From Candidatus Magasanikiibacteriota bacterium (GTDB taxonomy: Bacteria; Patescibacteriota; Patescibacteriia; Magasanikbacterales; 2-02-FULL-50-9b): a DNA stretch of 64,000 bases. A program made the position numbers and the translations under genes. The stretch spans positions 2,144 through 66,143 of the forward strand of contig CAITMK010000014.1 in NCBI GenBank assembly GCA_903893485.1, in the 5' to 3' direction. The first letter of the stretch is position 1. The number at the start of each line of letters is the position of its first letter. Positions 48,971-59,411 of this stretch are shown here, piece by piece. The notes below the pieces were generated by a model. That model searched no databases. It was given only the letters and a program-made list of their open reading frames with translations, and was not told where the DNA came from.

Positions 48971-50971
48971 CTACTGTGCAAAAATAAACGGATCAAATCG
49001 ATCACCTTTTACAATATCACGACGAAGTACATAATTGATAAGACCGTGCGCGTCAAAAATCGATAGTTCAAGCGAGTTGTCAATTTGTGAAGTTGCGGTA
49101 AGGCGAAGTGCATCACCAATGTGCGCAAAAGAAATTCCAATTAGCTTACCATCCGGAATTGCAGGCGAATACGTTGTTAACAGTTTTCCAAAAATATCGT
49201 AGTACGTGATTAAAATATTTTGTCCAGTTGTTGCCGAGACAAATAAGGCATCATCTGATCCGTTCATTTGTGGAGCAGAACCAAATGAATAATTTACTCC
49301 CTTTTGAGTTGGTACTTGAAACGATGAAACAAACGCACCGATATCATTCCATGCATATGCGGTAATGTCATTTTTGTGTGTAACCGTTGTTACAATATAT
49401 TCTGCACCCGCCCGAAAATACGAAGTGATTCCGAGCACCCCTTTGGCATCGATTAATGGAAGTGCACGCCGAATTTTTCCATCACCGCCAATAATTACCA
49501 TGGTTGGATTATTATCCGCGACCGCAATAATTTCTGATGAGCCATCGCGATTAAGATCGGCGGCAGTAATATGCACCGCGCCACGCACCTTTGGACCAAA
49601 TGGTCTGATGGTGGTAATTAAGGTTCCATTTTGTTGCAAAAATTTAATAATTGGCCCCTTTGCATCATTATACGCAACGATAAATGGCGTTGCGCCTGAG
49701 CCGTCGATATCGGCACTGAGCGCCTGAGCCGTGGTGATTTTTCCCGGCGCAAATAAAATACGACGCTGTTCATCGAGCGATTCATTTTGAACGACCAACG
49801 ATGCGCCTTTTTTATTGTATACAATCCCCGCTACGGCACTTGTATCTGGCGCCGCGCCACCATGAATTGCATATTGAACCGCCTTTGCCGCATTGAGTGA
49901 ACCGCGCCCCGCGGATAAATCTCCATTACCCGGAATTGGATCTGATGTGTCGACAAGCGCTTGTCGAATTTCATTGGGACCCCAATTTGGTTGAATTGAT
50001 TTAACCAACGCCGCAACACCCGTAACAAATGGTGCAGCGATTGAAGTACCCGACCATGTGCCACCATAAATATCAGAAAATCCATGTGTTGGATCAAAAA
50101 ATAATGTCGATGAAATTCGAAATCCTGGCGCTGAAATATCAACACATTTACTTCCGTAATTTGAAAATGGTGCAAGCGTTCCAATATCATTTAAAGCCGC
50201 AACTCCAATTACCCAATTTTCTTCTTTGAGTGGATCATCAAAACAAACGGGATATTGTGGTTCCAAATTTAAATTAGTGCCCGCAGCATGTTCCGGCGCA
50301 TTTCCTGCTGCTGCAATAACCGTGATACCCGCACGATACGCACGGCGAATTGCCTGAATAAAATTTAAACTTGGTGTTGGGCCGACAAAACTCAAATTGA
50401 TAATCTGCGCTTTGTGTGCAATCGCATAATCAATTGCCTTAACAGCCAAATCAGAATCTCCATCACCACGTTCATTTAAAATTTTAAGCGGCATGATTTT
50501 AACATGCCACGCAACGCCCGCGCCACCCAAAAAATTATTTCCCTCCGCGCCAATAATACCCGCAACCACGGTACCATGATTTATTCCAATCCGAGTTGAT
50601 GATGTAACTGAAGGATCTGGTCGAACATTTGAATTATTATCAACAAAGTTCCAGCCATTTAAATCATCGATATATCCATCGTTGTCATTATCCAAGCCAT
50701 CTAACTTTTCTCCGGGATTTGACCAAATATTTTGGCTGATATCGGGATTTAAAATATCAACACCCGTATCAATTACTGCAACAATCACGTCGCTTGATCC
50801 CTGAGTTTTATCCCACGCATCGGGTAAATGCAGCATACTAATTCCATTTGCCTCTGACCATTGTGGATCGTTTGGTTGAAATGCAAACGCAGACAGTGGC
50901 GATACAAAAAGCGCGCACAAAATAATTGTGTGTGCGATTCGTGATGGAATGGTATGAGAATGAACCGTCAT
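48971..50971 (-). CDS. Secreted subtilisin-like serine protease (S8 family) with C-terminal beta-rich domain
   Basis: Signal peptide; D/H/S triad motifs VAVIDTGVD, HGTVVAGIIG, GTSIAAPFVTG. Confidence 0.9.
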   Translation of the reverse strand: MTVHSHTIPSRIAHTIILCALFVSPLSAFAFQPNDPQWSEANGISMLHLPDAWDKTQGSSDVIVAVIDTGVDILNPDISQNIWSNPGEKLDGLDNDNDGYIDDLNGWNFVDNNSNVRPDPSVTSSTRIGINHGTVVAGIIGAEGNNFLGGAGVAWHVKIMPLKILNERGDGDSDLAVKAIDYAIAHKAQIINLSFVGPTPSLNFIQAIRRAYRAGITVIAAAGNAPEHAAGTNLNLEPQYPVCFDDPLKEENWVIGVAALNDIGTLAPFSNYGSKCVDISAPGFRISSTLFFDPTHGFSDIYGGTWSGTSIAAPFVTGVAALVKSIQPNWGPNEIRQALVDTSDPIPGNGDLSAGRGSLNAAKAVQYAIHGGAAPDTSAVAGIVYNKKGASLVVQNESLDEQRRILFAPGKITTAQALSADIDGSGATPFIVAYNDAKGPIIKFLQQNGTLITTIRPFGPKVRGAVHITAADLNRDGSSEIIAVADNNPTMVIIGGDGKIRRALPLIDAKGVLGITSYFRAGAEYIVTTVTHKNDITAYAWNDIGAFVSSFQVPTQKGVNYSFGSAPQMNGSDDALFVSATTGQNILITYYDIFGKLLTTYSPAIPDGKLIGISFAHIGDALRLTATSQIDNSLELSIFDAHGLINYVLRRDIVKGDRFDPFIFAQ

Positions 50972-50983
50972 GTGACTTTAAAA

Positions 50984-51667
50984 TTATTTTTGAGCCGCAG
51001 AAAGCTCTTTAAGCGCTGATGCGTAAGCTTGATCCGATAATGCGCCACCTTTATGTGCTGCCTCATAATCCGCGCGTGCGTCTGCAAAACGACCAATATC
51101 GCGCAAATATGCGGCGCGTTCAATGAATAGCTCGCCCGCGCCAAGAACACGCTTAATTCCCTCTGCATATACGGCCAAGATTTCATCAGGTGACGCTTTT
51201 GATTTATACCGAAGCAAATCAATGAGCGTTGAATAAACCGTGGCATCGCCAGGTGTAAGTGCGATCGTTCGTTCAAGCGTGTTTTTTGCATCATTATACT
51301 GACCAAGTTGCGTTTGTGTATCTGCTAAATTTAGCAAGATTACAGAGTTCTTGCCCTGAAGTGCAGCATCAGCTTGCTGATATACACGCAATGCTGCCTG
51401 ATACCATACAGGATCTTTTGTAATACTACCAATCGTTGCCCACTCAAGACCAACGTGCAAATACGGTTGGGCGATCGAACCATTTGATGCGATATCCTTC
51501 TGGGCCGCAATAGCCTCATCATAATACGTATACAACTCTGGATGTGATGCAAGTAATGTGCGTGATGGATTATCTGATTTTTTTGGAGCCAAGTAAAAAA
51601 ATCCTCCGGCGCAGACAACAATAACAACCACTAAAACCGATAAAATAGATATTCCGCGCGTATTCAT
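50984..51667 (-). CDS. Membrane-anchored TPR-repeat protein
   Basis: Start MNTRGISIL; TM segment then TPR-like helical repeats. Confidence 0.6.
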   Translation of the reverse strand: MNTRGISILSVLVVVIVVCAGGFFYLAPKKSDNPSRTLLASHPELYTYYDEAIAAQKDIASNGSIAQPYLHVGLEWATIGSITKDPVWYQAALRVYQQADAALQGKNSVILLNLADTQTQLGQYNDAKNTLERTIALTPGDATVYSTLIDLLRYKSKASPDEILAVYAEGIKRVLGAGELFIERAAYLRDIGRFADARADYEAAHKGGALSDQAYASALKELSAAQK

Positions 51668-51716
51668 ACTAACTTGAAAAAATTTTGCTTTTATGGTATA
51701 ACTTTGCCAATTATAC

Positions 51717-53087
51717 GTGGGTCTTATGGTCAATGTCAAAAAACGTCAATTCATTCTTCTCGTGGTTGATTTTTTGCTAATGTATGGGGCATTAGCACTT
51801 ACCCTTCTGGTACGCTACAAATCAGCCGGATTTAAAGCAATGTTTGCACTTCATGTGGCCCCTATGAGCCTTGTTTTTGCGATCTGGCTGGTGCTTTTGT
51901 ATGCAAATGGCATGTATGACTTATCACTACAAAAACCGTCCTTGCCTCTGTATCGCCGCCTGTTCGAGACCGTGATTATCTGTCTCGTAATCGCCGCGCC
52001 GCTATTTTATATTTTTCCCTTTTTTGGTATTGCACCAAAAACAAACCTGATGATTTGTCTCGGATTTTTCTCTGCACTGTTAGTGCTTTGGCGACTCGGC
52101 ATTAGCAGTGTCAGTGCCGCACGCATTCGTACCCTCATTGTTCATCCATCCGCGGAACTTCTTGAGGTCGTTACTGATTTAGTGAATCATCCACAATTTG
52201 GATATGAAATTGTGGGTATCGTTTCAGAAGCGCCGCATCCAATTGCTGGTATACCTCATTTTCCAGAAAGCACGCCGCTACGCGCTATTGCATCGGAACA
52301 TTCCATCAATCTCATGGTTGTGGGACAAACACATATTGCACTGCGCGTACAACAGGAACTTTACGAGTTACTTTTTTGGCACATGAATGTGTTGCCCGCG
52401 GACGAATTTATCAGCACCTTTACCGGCCGCATTCCACTTGAAGCGCTCAATGAAGAGTGGTTTTTTCACCATATCAAGACGGAACGAATTGGGTATGATT
52501 TACTGCATCGCGTGTTTGATTTTGTCACCGCGACCGTTGGTTTTCTCATGCTCTGTTTGTTAACACCGATTGTTGCTATTGGCATTAAAATGGGTTCACC
52601 GGGCCCCTTATTTTATCTACAAGAACGCGTTGGTAAAAATGGAAAACACTTTAAAGTTATTAAATTTCGTACCATGCAAGCTTTAAGCGCGGATGGCGGC
52701 GCCGAATTAGCTGGCGCGCAAATGGCAGATCGCAACGATCCACGCGTGTTGCCATTTGGCAAATGGCTCCGTCGTATGCGCATCGATGAATTACCACAGG
52801 TCATCAACATTTTTAATGGTGATATGAGTTTTATCGGTCCCCGCCCCGAGCGCCCACAATTTGTATATGAATTTGAACGACAAATGCCGTACTATCAGAT
52901 ACGGCATTTGGTAAAACCTGGAATTACGGGCTGGGCACAAGCGGTTTATCCGTATGCCGCAAACACCGAGCAACAAATCCGCAAATTTCAATACGATTTA
53001 TATTACATTAAAAATCGATCACTGGTAATCGATTTGGCAATTATTTTAAAAACCATCCACGTGGTTTTTTATCAAAAAGGCCAATAA
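51717..53087 (+). CDS. Polyprenyl-phosphate sugar-1-phosphate transferase (WbaP/CpsE family)
   Basis: Four N-terminal TM helices, C-terminal bacterial sugar transferase domain with PGITGWAQ. Confidence 0.9.
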   Translation: MGLMVNVKKRQFILLVVDFLLMYGALALTLLVRYKSAGFKAMFALHVAPMSLVFAIWLVLLYANGMYDLSLQKPSLPLYRRLFETVIICLVIAAPLFYIFPFFGIAPKTNLMICLGFFSALLVLWRLGISSVSAARIRTLIVHPSAELLEVVTDLVNHPQFGYEIVGIVSEAPHPIAGIPHFPESTPLRAIASEHSINLMVVGQTHIALRVQQELYELLFWHMNVLPADEFISTFTGRIPLEALNEEWFFHHIKTERIGYDLLHRVFDFVTATVGFLMLCLLTPIVAIGIKMGSPGPLFYLQERVGKNGKHFKVIKFRTMQALSADGGAELAGAQMADRNDPRVLPFGKWLRRMRIDELPQVINIFNGDMSFIGPRPERPQFVYEFERQMPYYQIRHLVKPGITGWAQAVYPYAANTEQQIRKFQYDLYYIKNRSLVIDLAIILKTIHVVFYQKGQ

Positions 53088-53094
53088 GCAGCGT

Positions 53095-53910
53095 TTAGCG
53101 GTCTTTATCAAGGCGAGATTGTGCAACCAATGCGTTATTAATCGCTTCCGTGGTTTTAAGTAACTCAACAGGAGCACCTAAACGATCACCAAGTTGAATA
53201 AGCGCGCGAGTATCTTTTGGCAAACATTTACCGCCATATCCGCGAAACCCTTTGTGAAACACATCAAGATGCGAGCGGCCAATGCGTTTATCTGCGGCAG
53301 CAGATTCTTTAACCGTATCGTAATCGATGCCAAGTTTTTGGCAAACATCGTACATTTGATTTGCAAAAACAACCTTAACCGCAAACCAAGTATTACCAAA
53401 ATATTTAACCATTTCTGCTTCAGTCGCAGGAATAATTCGCTCGAATGGCGCGAGCGGCAAAAGCAGCATGACATCGGCAGCAACCGTAAAACTTTGTTTG
53501 GTGTAACCAATAATCTGGCGATCTGGAAATGACATGTCCTGATCTGCTGTTTCTTCGGTCAAAAATTCTGGATTAAAAAGTAATTTTAATTCTGGAAATT
53601 TGGTTTGATAGCTTTCGGTGGTACCAGGAAGTACGGTTGATTTAATTACCACGGTTTTGCCGGCAGGAATAACTGCAAGCGCCGCATCAACGTACGATAA
53701 ATCAAAACCGCCACGATCTTCGTCGTATGGAGTTGGCACGCAAACGAAAATAATATCGGCCTTGCCCAATGCAGCAACATCGTCCAATCCCTTTGGTGGA
53801 TCGTAAGAAACAATTTCGTAATTTTGTTTACCCAAAAAACGCTGCATTGCACCGCCTACCATGCCGGTGCCCATTATTCCAATCGTTGGTTTCTGTGTCA
53901 TAGTGCTCAT
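53095..53910 (-). CDS. UDP-glucose/GDP-mannose dehydrogenase family protein, C-terminally truncated (271 aa)
   Basis: NAD-binding GIMGTGMVGGAM and catalytic GGKCLPKD present; ends about 25 aa after the catalytic Cys, so the UDP-binding domain is absent. Confidence 0.7.
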   Translation of the reverse strand: MSTMTQKPTIGIMGTGMVGGAMQRFLGKQNYEIVSYDPPKGLDDVAALGKADIIFVCVPTPYDEDRGGFDLSYVDAALAVIPAGKTVVIKSTVLPGTTESYQTKFPELKLLFNPEFLTEETADQDMSFPDRQIIGYTKQSFTVAADVMLLLPLAPFERIIPATEAEMVKYFGNTWFAVKVVFANQMYDVCQKLGIDYDTVKESAAADKRIGRSHLDVFHKGFRGYGGKCLPKDTRALIQLGDRLGAPVELLKTTEAINNALVAQSRLDKDR

Positions 53911-53937
53911 TAGTCTAACAAAAAATAAACCTGATTG

Positions 53938-55086
53938 TCAAACATCGAATACCGTTTTCGTAATCCACTCGTCTATCTGCGGCGCCAAGATTGACCAGTC
54001 AAATAATTGCACCTGTTTTTGTGCCGCGGCCACTAATTGTGCTGCTAGTAATGGGTCTGATTGAATTTGTCGAAGCGCGGCCGCGAGTTCATGTACTTGT
54101 TGCGGCAAAACCAATATACCCGTACCCGAAACCACGGTTTCTGGAATACCACCAACTTTAGTTGCAACCACCGGCAGGCCCATTGCCATCGCCTCCAAAA
54201 AAACAATACCCTGCCCCTCAGATAAAGCCGCGCGACAAAAAATATCACTAGCAGCCGCATATTTCAATATCTTTGCGCGATCGGCGGTGCCGACAAAGTG
54301 TACCCGCCCAGCAAAAGCAGCTGCAGCCTGACCCAACGATTCCCGAAGCAATCCATCACCGACAATTATCAAATGCGTATCTGGCAAATCAGTAAGTGCG
54401 CTAATTAAATCTTGCACGCCATTTTTTGTGACCAAACGAGAAACGGTTACTATTGTTGAAGCCGAATCTGGAATTCCTAATTTTGTTCGCACATCGCGGC
54501 GCCAATCCTTTCGATTCTCTGGTGTGATATTGAAATCAGAAACCGATACGCCATTTGGAATTACCACAGGCTCACGCATCAGTGGGCCGAACGTTTTTGC
54601 CCACTGCGCAAGAAAACTCGCGATCGCCTGAATCCCCACAGCGCGTTTAAAAATCTGTGCAAAAATAATTCGCACTCGCGCGACCCGTTTATTTACAATT
54701 CGCAAATCGTCACCTTCTTGCAACGTGAGCGCATACTTAATTTTAAGCAATCGATTGGTAATGAACGCGCTCATACCGGCATAACTTGCCATAATTGCCC
54801 ATACGCCAATCGGTGTATTTTTTTTGTGCACGCGCTGCACATACCACCAGCCAAAAAACATGAGCAATAGTTTATCCAATTTTGGATTACCAATACCAAC
54901 GCGAATCACGGGAACGCCCGCAAAAAAGTCGCGTGCCGGCAAATCAGCACGAAGCCGCGCCGTAACAACTGTACAATCCAAATGAGTCGAAAGCTGCGGT
55001 AAAATTGCCTGCACCGCCATTTCTGCACCGCCCACGTGTGGATAAAAAGCCGTTGTCAAAATAACCAACTGAGGGCGCTGTTCCAT
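53938..55086 (-). CDS. GT4-family glycosyltransferase
   Basis: GQGIVFLEAMAMGLPVVATKVGG motif. Confidence 0.85.
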   Translation of the reverse strand: MEQRPQLVILTTAFYPHVGGAEMAVQAILPQLSTHLDCTVVTARLRADLPARDFFAGVPVIRVGIGNPKLDKLLLMFFGWWYVQRVHKKNTPIGVWAIMASYAGMSAFITNRLLKIKYALTLQEGDDLRIVNKRVARVRIIFAQIFKRAVGIQAIASFLAQWAKTFGPLMREPVVIPNGVSVSDFNITPENRKDWRRDVRTKLGIPDSASTIVTVSRLVTKNGVQDLISALTDLPDTHLIIVGDGLLRESLGQAAAAFAGRVHFVGTADRAKILKYAAASDIFCRAALSEGQGIVFLEAMAMGLPVVATKVGGIPETVVSGTGILVLPQQVHELAAALRQIQSDPLLAAQLVAAAQKQVQLFDWSILAPQIDEWITKTVFDV

Positions 55087-55088
55087 AT

Positions 55089-57287
55089 TTATTTAATAGC
55101 CGGTAAATTGGCCGCAGGAAACTGTTGACGAATCCAATAACGCGTCGCGGAATCATTTGCTTTTGCAGCAGTCGTATCAAACAAACCAATGGCTGGATCG
55201 CGCGGATCCGAAATATATTTTTGAGTTACTGCCAATTTATATAAACGAACTGCTGAACCATACTGGCCAGCGTCAGAATAAATCATGATGGCCGCTTGTA
55301 CTGCCGCTGAAGAATCGAGCGTTTGACCAAGCTCAAGCGCAGTTGCAAGTTCGGAAGCTGCTCGTTGCTTATCAACGCCAATAAGCATTGTTGCAAAAAT
55401 CCAATGTGAAAAAGGCACATCAGGTTCTAATTTTACCGCGTGATCCATGAGCTGTATTGCGGTTGCCGTATCTTTTACCGTCATTTTAAGTCGCGCCCAG
55501 CTATAATAAATCTGCTGGCGATTTGGACTAAACCTTACTGCCAATGCAAACCGCGCATCTGCCTGCTGCACCGTTGTAGCGCCACCAATTGGCGCATAAT
55601 TAGACATAATTTGAGCCTCCAATAACGCGGCCAAAACATTTGCCGGCTCGTAATTTGCTAATAACGTATCGAGCGATTTAATTCCATACGCATAATAATC
55701 TTGATGCGCCTGCAAATCTTGCGTTGACATCGATTGCATGGTGCGGCCAACATCAAGTAGCACATCAGCGGTATGCGGCCCCTTAAGTGCAAAAGCGCTA
55801 TCGAACGATACTTCAGCGCCAGAATAATCCTGGCCATTGATAGCCATCTGCGCATCTAAATCTGCTGAATTTTGGCGAACCGACGGCACGACCATCCAAA
55901 GCATTGCCAAAAATAATAGTGCCTGCAACATAAAAACAAGTACGGGGGACGGTACACTTGCTTTTTTTACATCGCCGGATTCTTTAAGTCGCGCATATTC
56001 CGCAAAAACCAAGCCCGCCATGAAATAAAACATGGCATAGGACGATGGATGATCAAACACAAATAAATTGTGAATGAAATGCACGACAAAAAAAGCAACG
56101 TAAATACTTGCACGGAATTCAGATAGTTCGTCAGATTGGTATGCGCGACATAATTGAATTCCCATCCAGATAAGCAAAATATATTGCAAAAGATATAGTG
56201 AAAATCCAACCGCACCTTGCGTTACCAACGCTTCGATCGGTGCATCATGCGCGTGATCAAACCACGTTTCATAACTACCAAACAGCTGTGATTGTGGATT
56301 AAAGAATTTATTAAAAACATAAAAATAATTTTCTGGCCCCCAACCAAATACTGGTCGCTCCTTAAATCCTTTAAATGCAATTTCCCACGCAATGAAACGA
56401 GTACTTGCGGTACCGCTGCTTGATGAAATATCAAGCAAACGATTCACCATGCTGGCCTGACCAAGCGCACCAAAATGATCAGCGACAAATAAAGCGGCGG
56501 CCAAGAAAATAAATACGCCACCAATTTGTTTGATGCGCGTTGCGTATCCTCGCTTCCAAAAACGCGGCAAATAAATAATACCAATACCACAAAGTCCAAC
56601 AATTAACGCAAGCAAAGCACTTCGCGTGCCAGAAAAATATAAAGCCAGCAAATGAATAACCCCAATGCCAATATACACACCACGCATTTTGGTGCGCCAG
56701 TATTTATAAATAAACCAACCCGTGATAAGTAGCGATTCCGCAGCAAAGCCACCCATATAAATTGGGTTACCAAACACACCGGCCACACGATTGCTGGCAG
56801 AATTTAAAAAACTTGGATCAATTACCTGAATGAGTCCGGAAAGCGAAACCGGAATTGAAACCCATAAAAAAACCGAGAGCGCTTTTTCAATTGCACTAAT
56901 TCGCGCTTCATAAAAATAAAGCCCAACTAATACACTAAAAACTAATGCATGGATAATAAACACCGCGCCGGTCATACGCTCAAAGTTGCTCCACAGTGCA
57001 CGATTTACATCGAATGCAGAAAACGCGCTAAGTAAAAGCGCAACGATATATGCCCCCGCAAACCAAAAGTACGCGCCGCGCAAAAAAGGTCGCGCCGCGC
57101 CCGCAACCAAGGCAGGCACTGAAAAAATAGCAAGCAAAAAAACAACAACTTCAAAAAAAATTGCCTTTGGAAAAACAAATGGAAAAATTGATTGCGAACT
57201 AAGTACAATCAGCGGCGTAATAAATGATGCGTAAATTACCCAACGACGCATGCGATTTGAGAAAATAGTTGCAAGAAAATCTGACAT
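55089..57287 (-). CDS. O-antigen ligase (Wzy_C)-like polytopic membrane protein with C-terminal TPR domain, paralogue 1
   Basis: About 12 TM helices with a Wzy_C-like periplasmic loop (FGNPIYMGG ... HAHDAPIEALVTQG), then TPR repeats. Confidence 0.7.
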   Translation of the reverse strand: MSDFLATIFSNRMRRWVIYASFITPLIVLSSQSIFPFVFPKAIFFEVVVFLLAIFSVPALVAGAARPFLRGAYFWFAGAYIVALLLSAFSAFDVNRALWSNFERMTGAVFIIHALVFSVLVGLYFYEARISAIEKALSVFLWVSIPVSLSGLIQVIDPSFLNSASNRVAGVFGNPIYMGGFAAESLLITGWFIYKYWRTKMRGVYIGIGVIHLLALYFSGTRSALLALIVGLCGIGIIYLPRFWKRGYATRIKQIGGVFIFLAAALFVADHFGALGQASMVNRLLDISSSSGTASTRFIAWEIAFKGFKERPVFGWGPENYFYVFNKFFNPQSQLFGSYETWFDHAHDAPIEALVTQGAVGFSLYLLQYILLIWMGIQLCRAYQSDELSEFRASIYVAFFVVHFIHNLFVFDHPSSYAMFYFMAGLVFAEYARLKESGDVKKASVPSPVLVFMLQALLFLAMLWMVVPSVRQNSADLDAQMAINGQDYSGAEVSFDSAFALKGPHTADVLLDVGRTMQSMSTQDLQAHQDYYAYGIKSLDTLLANYEPANVLAALLEAQIMSNYAPIGGATTVQQADARFALAVRFSPNRQQIYYSWARLKMTVKDTATAIQLMDHAVKLEPDVPFSHWIFATMLIGVDKQRAASELATALELGQTLDSSAAVQAAIMIYSDAGQYGSAVRLYKLAVTQKYISDPRDPAIGLFDTTAAKANDSATRYWIRQQFPAANLPAIK

Positions 57288-57288
57288 A

Positions 57289-59376
57289 TTAATGAAGTTG
57301 TTTTAAAAATATCTCTGCATCTGGCGCGAACGACGGATCAAGATCCACTGCCGATTGAACCGCTGCGCGCGCTTCAGCATTTTTATGAAGCACCGCATAG
57401 GTTGCCGCGAGATGTGCATAGCGTGATGCCGTTGGATGAATTGCCAGCAGCTTCTGAAATAAATCTACGATAAGTGCATATTCTTTTTCAGTCGTTAAAC
57501 GCTGCACCAGCGCGTCTACGGTCGGTTGAATTTCATCGTTATCTCGAATACGAACCGCCTGCACCACGCTTGCAATTGCCGCCGGATACTTAGGTTTTAA
57601 CATGTATACATACGTAAGCACATCCCAAGCTTCTTGCCGATACGGCGAAATAATTTGTGCTTGCAAAAATGCTTTTTCCGAAACATCCAGATACGAAGTA
57701 TCATCAAGCAAGAGTGCGGTATGATATGCTGCCTTACCACCAAACAATTCCCAACGAGAATCATTTTTATTTGCGGCAATATAATTTATGGTTCGCTGTC
57801 CGTTTTGTTTTACCGCGGCCAACCACAAACCGTGTGCTGGCTCTGGCATGGCTTGCGCAGCCTGTAAATCCGCATCAAATGGACTTAGAAGTGCGCCGGA
57901 TGTCCACTGCCACACCTCAAAATCATACGGCCCAGCTGGCGCAGCATACACGGTTTGTACGTCAGCGGCAACCGCCGCAAAATCTTTATCGGAAGCGCGG
58001 TTTAAAGCCTCTTGCGTAAAATATGCGGCGCGGACTGGCAAAACACCGCCGTAAACGATAGCGCCAATAGCAAAACAAAATACCACAAATTGAATCCCGC
58101 GATTTTTTCGAAACGCCCACGCGCGTGGCATTACAATAAAATTTCCTGGATCCGCAACCGCGGCAAGCAAAATTAATAAACTCAGCGCAGCCAGACTCGC
58201 ATACGTCTCGAATGAAACAAAAAGCATGAGCTGCAGCGCAACAAGTGACCCAACGAGTAGCGACGCGCCGAGCAGCCCAAATGCACGCGCCCCACGCGTT
58301 AACAAGGTATAACAAATTCCAGTTATAAATAACAAATATGCCAATAAACCCACAATTCCCGAAGCAACCAACGTTTCTAAATACATGTTATGCGGTTTAT
58401 CGATACGTGTTTCGTAATATGAATAATCCAAAAGTGCTGGATCAAAATATTTATCAGCAACCGCGCGATAATTTTCTGGTCCGCGACCTAAAATTGGATT
58501 ATCTTTGAAACCTTTCAATGCGATTTTCCAATTAATAATACGTGTCTGCACCGTGCTACTGCCACGCCCAAGTAAAATTATATTTTGCACCGTACCCTGC
58601 GCACCTGCAAAATATACAATGGTGCTAACAAGTATCGCAGCAAAACAAAACCCAGCGATATATATTTTTCCCTTTTTATAGCCACGCCAAAAATAAATCA
58701 GCGCAGCAACTAAAAGCCCCGCACCAACCCCAAGCACCGCACCACGCGTTAATGTTTGATAAAGTGCCGCCGCCACAACCACCATGGTGATGGGCAAAAA
58801 AAATAATCGAAACCACGCTGGCAAATGCAAACGTTTTCCATGAATCCATGCAAGTGGTAGTAGTAATAAAAGCGGCGAAAGCCATGCGCCAAAAACCATC
58901 GGATTACCATACGTACCACATAAACGCACGGGATCAACACAATCAAAAATAATCGGGCGAAACAGGGACAGTCCGCTAATTACGGCAGCCTGCAAAACAA
59001 CTACGTACCAAAAAATCCTTTGATTATCTGCGTGCTGCATTTCGCTGCGAGCAACCAATATCCACAGAAAAAAGGCGATCAAATGTGCAGCGCCCAACGC
59101 GCGCGTTCCGTCACTCCAAAAAGATTGCCCGGCGTTTACCCCAAAAATGCTGGTGATAATAAATATCGCCAAATACAGGGCAAATAATGCTTCAACCGCT
59201 CCAAACGTAAATTTTTCAATCTTGCTTTTTAGCAAAACATACAAACTCAGCAGACCAATAAGCAACACCCAGCACGCACGCGGCAGCGTTGATGGCATGA
59301 TAGTAAGGGGTACCACAATAAGTGGCGACAAAAGCCCTCCGACAAACGCAATGCGCGAAATGAGATTTTTGTTCAT
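57289..59376 (-). CDS. O-antigen ligase-like membrane protein with TPR domain, paralogue 2
   Basis: Same architecture (YGNPMVFGAW ... KPHNMYLETLVASG). Confidence 0.7.
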   Translation of the reverse strand: MNKNLISRIAFVGGLLSPLIVVPLTIMPSTLPRACWVLLIGLLSLYVLLKSKIEKFTFGAVEALFALYLAIFIITSIFGVNAGQSFWSDGTRALGAAHLIAFFLWILVARSEMQHADNQRIFWYVVVLQAAVISGLSLFRPIIFDCVDPVRLCGTYGNPMVFGAWLSPLLLLLPLAWIHGKRLHLPAWFRLFFLPITMVVVAAALYQTLTRGAVLGVGAGLLVAALIYFWRGYKKGKIYIAGFCFAAILVSTIVYFAGAQGTVQNIILLGRGSSTVQTRIINWKIALKGFKDNPILGRGPENYRAVADKYFDPALLDYSYYETRIDKPHNMYLETLVASGIVGLLAYLLFITGICYTLLTRGARAFGLLGASLLVGSLVALQLMLFVSFETYASLAALSLLILLAAVADPGNFIVMPRAWAFRKNRGIQFVVFCFAIGAIVYGGVLPVRAAYFTQEALNRASDKDFAAVAADVQTVYAAPAGPYDFEVWQWTSGALLSPFDADLQAAQAMPEPAHGLWLAAVKQNGQRTINYIAANKNDSRWELFGGKAAYHTALLLDDTSYLDVSEKAFLQAQIISPYRQEAWDVLTYVYMLKPKYPAAIASVVQAVRIRDNDEIQPTVDALVQRLTTEKEYALIVDLFQKLLAIHPTASRYAHLAATYAVLHKNAEARAAVQSAVDLDPSFAPDAEIFLKQLH

Positions 59377-59411
59377 ATCTTCCGCCTATAATAGCTCATT
59401 TTATTGACGCA

